A stretch of 64,000 nucleotides of DNA, taken from the NCBI GenBank assembly GCA_965637545.1, contig OZ281495.1, forward strand, positions 20,770,001 through 20,834,000. Direction: 5' to 3'. The position numbers and the translations under genes were made by a program. Origin of the DNA: Phallusia mammillata. Its lineage: Eukaryota. Positions 12,377-22,968 of the stretch are shown here, one piece after another; within the stretch, counting starts at the first letter, position 1; every line of letters starts with the position of its first letter. The notes below the pieces were generated by a model. It made no database searches, had not been told where the DNA came from, and saw only the letters and a program-made list of their open reading frames with translations.

Positions 12377-14600
12377 TTAGCAACACAATAATTGTCGGGG
12401 TTTACGTTGTCGTTTTGAACGTCTCGGATTACCGGGACCATATTCTAAATGTTCGGGGTCCGCGACCTTCGGTGGTGAGGATTGTGTCGTGTCAGGTATT
12501 TCCTCATTTATTCTCTCACTCACGGGGTTAGGATCATCCGCCGGATTTTCATCTTCTTCTGTTGCGTAACGAGGACGGAGTTGTTCAATATGACGTCTCC
12601 ATATAGGTCCTCGCGGAATAACACGTACTTCAACGCTGCGACATCCATGTCGCTTGACAACTTTTGCTGCCACCCAGCGTGGTTGTTGGTTGTGCCTAGG
12701 ACCAAAGTAAAGGGCATAACAAGGATCACCAACTTTGTATGAATAAACGTTTGCTCTTCGCACTAGAGACTGAGATTTGGTGGCGATCTTCGATTGGATC
12801 CCTTGTGTGGTGTGGGCTGGAGATGGAAGCAATGCATCAATCTTTGTACGCATCTGTCGGTGGTTTAAAAGCTCGCTTGGTGAATAACCACTTCCGGCCG
12901 GTGTTCGGCGGTACTGCATTAAAAACTCGAGCAGCGCTTCTTTAGGCGGACTTGACGACTTCCGAAGAGCCTGCTTAAAAGTTTGTACCAAGCGCTCAGC
13001 AGCGCCATTAGTGGCTGGATGGTAAGGTGCTCCTGTAACGTGAACTATTCCTCGCTCTTTGCAATAATTCTGAAATTGTTCGGACATGAACGTGGGAGCA
13101 TTATCTGTCACAAGCGTGTGAGGATAACCGAAATGAGAAAAGTCGTTCTCCAAAAGATCGATTGTAGTTTTTGCTGATATCGACTGCGTCGGATGAATAC
13201 ACGGGTATTTCGAATATGCGTCAATTAGCAGCAACCAGTTGTAACCCATGAAGTTAATTGCATGGTCAACATGTAACCGACTCCACGGCTTTTCTGGACT
13301 CATCCATGGATGCAGGGCAACTTTTGATGGAGCGTTCTGATATACCGCACACGTATTACACTTTCGGCAGAGATCAACGATGTCCCTGTCGATGTTTGGC
13401 CAGTAGACTGCTGTACGAGCCAACTGCTTCATACGCTGCATACCGAAGTGTCCTTCGTGTAGTAGTTTAAGAACTTTTGGTCGAATACTTTCAGGAATCA
13501 CCGCTCGTGAGCCGTATAATAGACATCCGTAGCATGTGCTCAGTAATTCTTTAATTTTTCGAAAACTCTCTGCTGGATCATTTATATCCTCTACGCGAAA
13601 TTTCGCCGGCCATCCTTCTCGAGTATAACGCATCACCTTGGTCAATGTAGGATCTTTGGCAGTCTCTTTCTGCAAAGAATACGAATCTGACGGTTGAACT
13701 TGTAAACTCAAAGTCCGAATATTGCAAACGGTATCTACATCGTGAGCACTTTCTTTTCCGTCAAAAACTGGATCTTGACCCACAGGTAAGCGGCTTAGGA
13801 CATCAGCATTTTGATGCTCTGACGTTTTGCGGTAAACTATGTCGTATGAAAATTGATTTAAGAATAATGCCCATCGAGCTAAACGATTGGCTGCAAGGGC
13901 TGGAGTAGCCTTGTTTGGCCCAAACAGCGACAGCAAAGGCTTGTGATCGGTCACAAGGATAAACTGCCTCCCAAACAAGTATTGATAGAACTTCTTTAGA
14001 GCGTAAACAATTGCTAGAGCTTCTTTTTGTATTTGACTGTAATTTCGTTGACTGTCGGTCAACGTCTTCGATGCATTGGCTATCGGCCGCTCGCTACCAT
14101 CTGGATAACGGTGAAACAATACAGCTCCGATACCAACGTAAGAGGCGTCACACGCAATTCCAACAGGCAACGTCTGGTCAAAATGCGTGAGCACGTTGTT
14201 GGATGACAACATACGTTTTAGTTGCTCAAATGCGTCTTGTTCTGTTTCTTGCCACTTCCACTCGACACCTTTTCTTGTAAGTCGGTGTAACGGTTCTGAC
14301 ACTGTTGAAAAATTCGGTGGCATGAACTTGCCGTAAAACTGCACAGAACCAAGAAACGAACGAAGTGTTGAGACGTTGTGCGGCGGAGGCATTTTAATGA
14401 CGTCATCGACTTTTGCACCTTTTTCTACTCCGTCCTTTGATAATATGTGGCCCAAATACTCCACCTTGTTTTGGGCAAATTTGCATTTTTCCATGCGACA
14501 ACGAAGACCCTTCTTGTTTAATCTTTCAAAAAGACGTCGCAGATTTTTGAGATGATCATCGGCAGAAGAACCACTCACGAGGATATCATCTAAATATACA
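12377..14600 (-). CDS. Gypsy RT C-terminus, RNase H and integrase (frameshifted from upstream ORF)
   Basis: YLDDIL, CDASYVGIGAVL, HHCC zinc finger (HEGHFG...CNTC), D-D-E core (LHVDHA, VTDNAP, GAAER). Confidence 0.92.
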
Positions 14601-16526
14601 GTCTCCTGGTAAATCACAGGTAAGGTCATCCATGATTTTCTGAAAATAACTTGGAGCAGAAGATATACCAAACGGCAAAACGTTTTGCAGCAACACACCA
14701 CGGTGCGTGCTAAGTGCCAACCTCTTTCTGCTTTCGGGGCCTAGCATGATTTGATTATACGCATCCGCGAGATCTATCTTTGTAAAACCATGTCCACCCC
14801 CAAGTCTTCGTATTAATTCGTCTGGTAGAGGTAATGGATGACGATGCGTTTTAAGTTGGGGATTAACGGTAACGGAATAATCTCCACAAACTCTCAAATT
14901 AGCTTTGCATGTTCCAGGTAAAACTGCTTTTCGGACTGGTACAACTGGAGTTCCCCAGGAATTAAATTGAACTGGCGTCCAGATGCCCCTCGATATGCCA
15001 GCGTCGTAGGCCTGGTTGAGATCCTCTTGCAAAGCTATTGGGACGGCTCTAGGCTTGCAGAATATAGGCTTTGTCTCGGGTTGAAAATTTATTTCAAGCT
15101 CGTAGCCTTTCAAACAACCAAGTTCAGATTTAAACAAGTTTGGAAAACTTTCGCAAAGTTTTCGGCACTCTTGTGCGAGATTTTGTTCCTCAATTTTGTC
15201 GATAATGTTGACCGGATTTTCTTTGTGAAGAATGTCGTCTAAAGAAATATGCATCTTCTTGATGGCGTCACGACCTAATAGATTCAGCTTAGGGATGCTT
15301 GAAACAAGTAACGTAATGTTACAATCCTTGTTTGACCCAGCATGTCTCGCCATAGCTGTAAAAGAACCTAGGATTGGCATGGGATGATCTGTAGCAGATT
15401 GATATCGCGTATCTGGGTCTCGAAGCTTCGGCTTTCCAAGACTTTTCCAGGCCGCAATGGACAGAAAATTTCCACCTGCAGCGGTGTCGAGTTCCATGAT
15501 GCAAGTTTTCTTGTTGATAGAAATTGGAACCTCCAATTTTGGAACTTTAGCTACTTGGTTTAAAATATTTTTCACAGTAAACTTGTCGACACATTTTACT
15601 TTCATTGATTCGTGATACGCTTTCTTTCTGCAGACCGACTGTAAATGCCCACGTCGTTTGCAAAAACTGCAAGTTGAAGCCTTAAAACGACATTCACTTG
15701 CAAAATGGCCCTTCTTGCCACAACGATAACAATTATATGAGCTTGAATTCTCGTTCTGGAGCTCTGCAGAAGGAACCTCCCGGTGTCGCTGATTCCTTGG
15801 ACGAAACTTGCGCACCTTATTTACCTCACTTTGTTGCGTCCCGTAAACGGTTTCTTTAGCAACTCTAGCGGCGTCCTCGGTCTCCATGGCGACTTGAACT
15901 GCCCGTGCGAAAGTCAACTCGTCACTTTTAATTTTAAATACGGCCTTTAGAACCGCTTCATTTTTTACGGAACAAATAAAGCGTGTACGAAGTGCCTCAT
16001 CTAACGGATCCTTGATGGATGGAAAATCACAGGTGCTGGCGTCTTGACGGATTCGTGCTGCCAGTTCCTGGATTGCTTCTCCTGGTTTTCGCTTCATTTC
16101 ACTCCAGTAGCGAAATCGTTCCCGCACAACAAAAAGTTTGGGATCAAACTGGTCTTTCATGAAACCTACGATTTCTTCCATCGTCAAATCGTTGACTTGC
16201 TTCGGGGGCGAACTTTGACCTGCTAAATTGGCCAACAACTTATATACCGTACTAGTCTGGTTGGTCAAAAACACTTGTGCTTTGCGGTCATCGGACACAG
16301 CATGTGCCTTGAAAAACGTGCGAAATCTCGACCAATAATCTTCCCACAATTCCATGGTTTGATCAAACGCTGGAAAATTGGGCGTGGCTGTGCTGGAACT
16401 GGGCGTGGCGGAACTTTCAGATGTCGACGACTGCTTCAAGAAGTTCATCAAAGTTTCCATTTGGTCTTGATGTCGGCGTTCTTGCTCTTCCATCTGTTTT
16501 TGCATGGCTTCTAAAAATTTCTCCAT
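14586..16526 (-). CDS. Gypsy Gag-protease-RT N-terminal half
   Basis: CYRCGKKGHFASEC zinc knuckle, protease MELDTAAG, RT motifs WGTPVVPVRK, KIDLADAY and LPFGISSAP; the frame breaks at ~14600 just before YLDD. Confidence 0.92.
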   Translation of the reverse strand: MEKFLEAMQKQMEEQERRHQDQMETLMNFLKQSSTSESSATPSSSTATPNFPAFDQTMELWEDYWSRFRTFFKAHAVSDDRKAQVFLTNQTSTVYKLLANLAGQSSPPKQVNDLTMEEIVGFMKDQFDPKLFVVRERFRYWSEMKRKPGEAIQELAARIRQDASTCDFPSIKDPLDEALRTRFICSVKNEAVLKAVFKIKSDELTFARAVQVAMETEDAARVAKETVYGTQQSEVNKVRKFRPRNQRHREVPSAELQNENSSSYNCYRCGKKGHFASECRFKASTCSFCKRRGHLQSVCRKKAYHESMKVKCVDKFTVKNILNQVAKVPKLEVPISINKKTCIMELDTAAGGNFLSIAAWKSLGKPKLRDPDTRYQSATDHPMPILGSFTAMARHAGSNKDCNITLLVSSIPKLNLLGRDAIKKMHISLDDILHKENPVNIIDKIEEQNLAQECRKLCESFPNLFKSELGCLKGYELEINFQPETKPIFCKPRAVPIALQEDLNQAYDAGISRGIWTPVQFNSWGTPVVPVRKAVLPGTCKANLRVCGDYSVTVNPQLKTHRHPLPLPDELIRRLGGGHGFTKIDLADAYNQIMLGPESRKRLALSTHRGVLLQNVLPFGISSAPSYFQKIMDDLTCDLPGDCIFR

Positions 16527-16574
16527 AGTTAGAGATTTTATAGGACCAGACTGCGTTTACCTCGTTCAGCTGGA

Positions 16575-16592
16575 TCCCATCCTCGTCGCCAA
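16575..16592 (-). promoter_or_regulatory. Primer-binding site complementary to tRNA-Ser(GCU) 3' end
   Basis: Minus strand TGGCGACGAGGATGGGAT directly after the 5' LTR, complementary to the eukaryotic tRNA-Ser(GCU) end ...ATCCCATCCTCGTCGCCA. The PPT GGGGAGG lies at 12349-12355. Confidence 0.85.
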
Positions 16593-18654
16593 TTGTTGTA
16601 TTCTTCAAGTTGTTGTATTTACGACACCAAGTAAACGGAAATAAAATAGAATGATTAAACTCAACATGCGCAGCATTATATAGGCAACGATTATCCATTT
16701 ACATTCCACGGAAAACACGCCAGATTAGGAATAGTGTGCTTGCGGACCATACTTGAAATGTAAGGAATGCTGCACTGCGCTAAAGGCATACAAGGCTCGA
16801 AATGAAGTGCTAATTAAAACACAACGTTCGAAATTACAACGCAACAATAGAAATCCTTAACAGTAAACACATGTCAAAAATTAACTGCATAACCTACTTA
16901 AAACTGAAGTTGTTGTGAAAAAATACATAAGTTATATTTTGTAAAGTTCACAAAGATTTGAAGCGCGTATTATTATTGAAGTGCTAACAAAAGCAGGGTT
17001 TTATGTGATCCACTGTCTACAAAAGCGGTTCTCAAACTGGGGTCTGCGGTCCCTTTGGGGCGCCAAGCGATTTTAGTAGGACAGCGAGGAGCTTAAAGTA
17101 TTTCTACCATCTTATGTAATATCAGATCTTGCCAGTATATAAGCAAAAATTAGTCAGACAAATGAGTTTTCTTGACAAGAAGTAGCCAATCGCTTCATTT
17201 TCAAGTAACAAACAGAGGCAATTGTAATTCGCGCACTATATTTACATTATTTTAGGCTAGTTTGTCACGTAATAAATTGCCCTTGAAACATTCCCACGCA
17301 AAGTTATCTTACGATACTAAACTAAATTCATTCTGTATATTGTTGTCGGAATACTTTCGAAAAGAATAAATTGACTTTTGGTTGGTAACTCGACAGTTTT
17401 ATTTTGCCAGTTTTCTGTTTTAAAAATATATTTAGTTTGGAACGAGAGTGCTCGAAAAAATTGCGAAGGGACCGTTATGACAAAAAAATAAAAAATTTCC
17501 TAGTTCACTGACCGCGGTTTATTCCCGCGCGTGTGACGTAACAGTCAATTGTCACGATTGTCTACAATGCGTTGGCTTTGTTAACCTATTTCTTAACAGT
17601 CGTTCCCACGAAAATGTGTGTGATGTTTGCTTGTCATTTCCGGTTAGCTTACCTTAACTGACCTGAGCAAACTCAAACTTTTTACGCTGTTCCTGGCTGC
17701 AATCCCAAGTTGGCTCATGAAAACCGTTTAATTTTAACTCAGATTGTTCATTTTTTGTAAGGTTATTTTACGTTGTTTTTAAACGTATGCCAGCAGCTTT
17801 CCACTTAAATTACGGAGAATCTTTTAAAAATCGCTTTGAACTTTCTACATGTAACAATATCAAGATTCCCTTTTTAACATGAAAACTAGTGTTTTGAAAC
17901 TAAGTCTCATCTCTGTTTATTGAATCCGGGAGCTGTATTTGCAACAGACTATTGCATTATAAATATTATCGCATTTCGTCATGAATTCGTGACATTGTTA
18001 AATGTGTTTTGTTGTATTTCATTTTTTAACGTTCATGGCTCTCTAGCACATCCACGTGGACGATAATCAACAACAAATTCCGTTTTCAAAACGAAACCGG
18101 CAAACTTCGAAACGTGTCCCGCAAACTTCGTATTTCACCGTTAGTAAAATTCGTTACCATTTAAAAAATATCCAACAATAATCATCCTACTTTCGCAAAG
18201 CTTTGTGTTTTGAACAAATGTAAATTCCATAACTCTTTTGTGAAGGTCTACAACATTTTCCCTCGTTGTACAAGAAACATCCACGAGGGTCCCCTTCATT
18301 TCCGCTGTTTTAACAATTTTGTTAGCGAAAAATTCCTTTTTTCATTTACTTCCATAACTCATTTCTTTTGAGCTAGATCGAGTCTTCTTAAGCAATTAGG
18401 CCTTTTTAGTGCACTCTCAGTTGCCGCTTGCGCTTAACTAAACTGCTTGTTCATGGCTCCTTTCTCCACGAGCACCGGACGAATTTGTATTTCTGATCTT
18501 TTTTCACGGGGTTCGAACCCAGGACATTCCCGGTGACGAATTCCGATCAGGGTTTAAATAAAGTATCAAATTTGATATAAAATTGATATAATATGAAATT
18601 TATAGAGCTCTTGTGACAATTGTATTTTTTACCAACGTTTCAACGTTATATACA

Positions 18655-18978
18655 GGACGCCTTCATCCGGGTAAATGACACTGAATGCGCGTAGTACAGT
18701 GTACGATAAACAAAGGAAAAAACCCCGAAAAGAACATCAACGGGATGTTGCCAACAGCGAAGCGAAAAAGTCGGCTCTTTCCAATCACGCCGTATCACAA
18801 GGCTACCTTATAAATTTCATTGTGACGTCTGTTGTGGCCCGGGAGCCTGACTACAGGGAAAGACTATTTCTTGAGTCATGGAATATTCACCAACGGGGCA
18901 ACACAATGAACATCAAAACAGACGTGATGCTATCAGCGTGCTACAGGCACCTGCTTAAAGATTAGAGGCCCAATCATT
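18655..18978 (+). mobile_element. Penelope-like element 3' fragment (GIY-YIG C-terminus)
   Basis: KEHQRDV...KSALSNHAV...AREPDYRERLFLESWNIH; ends in gaggcccaatcatt like the copies at 56464 and 51320. Confidence 0.88.
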
Positions 18979-20980
18979 GAGCTGAGTATATTCCATTGGA
19001 GAGTAGAGTTGATGCAAGGCTTGTGTGAACTAAGTTGACAAATTTTTCTCGCAAGTCCGAATGTAGAAGGGATATTTTTTGCCACTCAGTTACGCTGTGT
19101 TGCAGTTTTGAAAGATATTAATCAACATACTGTTCGAATGTTTCGTATTTGCTGATCAACTAATCGTTGTAAAGCTCGTACCTTACACGCTGTGAACAAA
19201 AAAGTGGTTTAAATTATGATGCTATTTTCCGCGTATTATACATTTGCTGCTACTGATTTGTTACAAAAATGTATTATTTTAATCCATGGGCTATTGGTTG
19301 TAAGAATAAGATATTTGTAATGATAAAACTCGCGCTGTAAGATGGATTTCCGAAAGCTTCTTTAGTGTTGGTGGTTTGCAACTTAGCCCTGGACAACCGT
19401 AATGCAAAACCTTTTCCGCTCAACCAACAACGCAAAAGGCGCAAATAGCCACAAATTGGTAGTCGAAAAATTAATCTAAACACATAAACTTTAAGCAGAT
19501 AGACTCTATCGTTCTCAACCTTTTTTACTTCGCAATTCCCTTTGGAGGACTTTAACACAACGCAACCCCTTTAAAAACAAATGTAAGAAGTTTCACTGCC
19601 AGAATGTGATCAACAGACATTTGCTACTACATGTCACCGTAAGAGTTCGTCTTTTTGAACTGCAGCGAACCCCCTAATATTGTTGTCAGGACTCACGTCA
19701 CCATAAACATTTTCACTATTTACTCGTGCGTAAAGAAATTTCTTTGGATCTTAACAAACTCATAGGAGTATTTAATCACAAATGCTGTTGTACCAATTTT
19801 AAATCAAACTGTCGCGTCAGTTACTATGCTAAACAGTAGACTCGGAGAAAGTTTTTATGACAAGAATAAAATAATATTGAGTTGGGTTGTGTGTTTGCGA
19901 CCCCTCAAAAGTGCTTGGCGACCCCTTTGGGTCGCTACCCCAAGGTTGAAAAACACTGACACAGAAGAAGGATGCCAAAAGCAGTCAAGCGTGTCGTAGA
20001 TTTTCAAAATCGTAAATTGTATGCCAAAATTGTTTCACCTCTTGGTTTTTATTTCTTCTTTTATAATAATCCGACACATTACAGGAGCGTATTTTACTTG
20101 TTAGGTTTTCGACCATTAATATAAGTGTTCGGTGGGAAGTTTAAATTATAAAACCCTATTTTGACTCAAAAGCAGGTCTAAACTATAAAACATTGGCGCT
20201 AAAACACAAACACTTAGATACGGCTTACTTTCTTTCAATTTATAAACTCACCTCGTGTACATAATCTAAAAACGCTCTAGGAGTTGGATCACAGACGATT
20301 AGAATAAGCTTTACATCAGGAATTGATGTTTTGATTCTGTATGGAATATTTACTGGTGGAAAAGCGAAATATATTGGTGTCTTTTCCATTGCAACTTGTC
20401 TATCGTTTGTCGGTGGCATCCTTTTTTCGCAAAACACAAATTCATTATTTACCACAATAAAAAAACAAGAAATTTAAAGATGACATTGCAGTCAGCAGTA
20501 GAACAAACTAGCTTTTATTTATTATTGCCACGATAATTCTTTCAAAAAGCTATGATAGAAGGCGTAAATAAACAGTTCATCGGTAAGCATTTAAGTCTCC
20601 CATTTTCGCTGATGTGAAAACGAACATTTCCTTTTCTTTGGGAACTCGAATTTATGGATTTTGGTCAAGAAAGCCAAGTATACCCTGGGTACCACACTTT
20701 TTTACTCTAATGCCGATCACTTTTGGTAAGCGTCGCGTTTCATTCTGCAAAACTTGGAAAATTTAATTCAACATGTCTTTGAAAAAATGCTTTTCAAACT
20801 CCATGCATCCGTTTGCACTTTATCGCTACAAAAAAACATAAAGTTCCCAACAAAAACATCGATTTTTACAATTTGTTGAATGGTAGCAATTACTGCGGTG
20901 AGTAATTTCAATACACACAAAACGCTTTGGTTACGCATAAATATCGAAAAATAATATGAATGGAAGAAACATAAAGGAGT

Positions 20981-22039
20981 TAGTGGCGTAGCAGCCACTT
21001 GGCGGTTCTGGCTCTGCGACAGGGGCGGCAGGCTGCAAGGGGGCGGCAAAATGACTTAAGGGGACACTTCTGGATAAAAGTCAATATTTTTTTTTTCAAA
21101 ATGTCCTCACAAAACCACAAGCCAAACTGCAGAAGAAATCTACTGGTACGGTACAACTCGTTGCAAGATGAAACTGTTATGATGCCAGTTGTAATGTCAA
21201 AAGGATACCGCTTGATAGATTTCGAATGCTTGAACGAAAGTTTGAAAAGTGCTCACAAGTGTGTTGATGGTAAGAAAATTATCAGTATATGATAGTATGG
21301 ACTAAATTACACACTGATCAATTTTATCAACCATAGCCTAGTCAAGTATTCCTAGACACTTGCACATGAATAGCTTTGCATGTTTTTGTGTTTCTACTCT
21401 GTCATTGACGAGCAAAATTATGATGGCTTATGTTCAACACTAGCATTTATGTGCACAAAGTTTGGAAAGAAAACATCGATGAAAACTAGCAAGAGGATTG
21501 ATGGCAGAAGAGCTCATGATGTGAACCGCAGGGCATCATATCCAATGTCTGAACAAGGCAGAGACTGTAAAGCTTTGGCTAGTTTTTGTTGCGTAATGGT
21601 CATGCCACTCCCAATTAGTTCTAGTAACTAGGCAATTCTAGGTCGTATTTACGTTCTACCATGAATGATGATCGGCTATCTGCTCTATCGATTCTTTCTA
21701 TAGAAAGAGACTACGTTCAAAAACTTGATTTCGAAGATATTATCGCTGATTTTGCTTCGGCGAAAGCGCGAAAAGTTCAATTTTGAGGCGGCTATTGATC
21801 TTTAATTGCCTAATACATTTGTTCTCCACTTTTTGTTTTTTATTTTTGGCCTTAACGCTGAGACAGTGAGGCTTCTTTCTCGAGCAATATAGAACCTCTG
21901 AGACGCGGCACATTATTTGTAATTATTTTTATTGAAAAGATTGCTTAAACATGAAACTATTTCAAAATTTGCTGCAGTCTACTTAGGGCGGCATATTCAA
22001 CGAAAGCCAGGGGCGGCAGCATATGCTCCTACGCCACTG
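20981..22039 (+). mobile_element. Non-autonomous hAT (Tip100/ZMYM1-like) element
   Basis: TIRs (T/C)AGTGGCGTAG; perfect TSD AAAGGAGT; retains the transposase C-terminus YLRSTMNDDRLSALSILSIERDYVQKLDFEDIIADFASAKARK* at ~21646-21786. Confidence 0.9.
21056..21630 (+). mobile_element. Fragment of a TTAA-associated DNA transposon with a Mutator-like/Kolobok-type transposase N-terminus
   Basis: Begins ttaa|ggggacac; peptides GYRLIDFECL...HKCVDG and AHDVNRRA...LASFCCVMVMPLP resemble that domain by eye; no right terminus found. Confidence 0.5.
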
Positions 22040-22968
22040 AAAGGAGTACCTTAATATTTTCTGCGTTGAATCGTTTGATCTCCGTAAGTTGTTTTTCACG
22101 ATACAACAGTTTGGTTCGCAAAGCTATTGCGTTTCTAGCACCAAAACAATTTTTCGGCTTACATGTTTTTAAAACAAATCTTTTTTTGTGAATGCAATCA
22201 ACAGCAAAATACACAAGATTCCGATGACGACATTTGTCAATCTTGAATTGAGTTTGCATCTTCTCATTTTTAAAGGGATCATATTCACATCGAAATTTGT
22301 ACAAATTGTGCAATGTTTCTATAAACCGATACTTTTAAATGTTTAGTGTAGACCTGTAAAACCAAAAATGCCAAATAAAGCGTGGATAGGTTTCGAGTTG
22401 TCTGTTTACTGAAGCACATTCCGAACAAAAAACATAATTACATTCAAGAACGTGCCAACAAAATATAAAATTTATTTTCATTTTTACAATTTTTAGCTCC
22501 AAAACATCAATGCAAAATACGCGCAGCACTTACTTTCAACTTTGACATTTATAGGTCTCTGGTGTTTTAATAGGCACAGGTACGGCGCACCGGGGTACTT
22601 TTTTTGTTGAGCTTGCTATGGACATTAATTTGAAAACCGCTGGTCTAGGGTGGTAACTAATTAAATAGCAATGTGACATAACGGTGAATCAAAACCGGAA
22701 AAAGAGATATTTACACATATTTGGTTTCGACTGGTGCAGCATGCGGTATCAGGATCTAAAAAAACATGTTGCCATTGAAGACCGCACGCAAGAACAAAAC
22801 CAACTATACCATTGCAAATATGTTGGAAAATGACAGTTTTTAACTGCTAGCATAAAGTTCGAACACTTTCAGTATTAACATGTCCAAAACACTTTTTTTG
22901 GAAAAAATGTTGCTTTTCTTTTTAAGTTAGTCATAACTTATAAAAAATAAGTTACAACTCTCTCCTTT

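Larger units (their letters stand above)
12080..16862 (-). mobile_element. Full-length Ty3/Gypsy LTR retrotransposon (single gag-pol frame, K02A2.6/Mag-like)
   Basis: 269-bp LTRs 12080-12348 and 16594-16862 (TG...CA, 1 mismatch); 5-bp TSD GTAAA; PBS and PPT present; Gag CCHC knuckle, protease, RT, RNase H and integrase in Gypsy order. Confidence 0.97.
18979..22419 (-). pseudogene. HS3ST-like copy B (exons ~22419-22050, 20744-20581, 20426-20252, 19189-18979)
   Basis: Internal exon lengths (164, 175) match copy A. Lesions: frameshifted exon 1, PAPS-loop G to R (GIRVKKCGT), TAA in exon 2, donor AT, acceptor GA, TAG and TAA in exon 4, and exon 4 truncated at a Penelope fragment. The start coordinate is approximate. 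Confidence 0.88.

Noticed and set aside
14590-14610. Programmed ribosomal frameshift in the Gypsy element
   Set aside because: The shift is inside the RT domain rather than at gag/pol, with no slippery heptamer visible; it is more likely a small indel.
17500-18500. Possible THAP-like or other coding remnant (FYAVPGCNP...)
   Set aside because: Only a short motif, interrupted by stops; cannot be supported without an HMM search.
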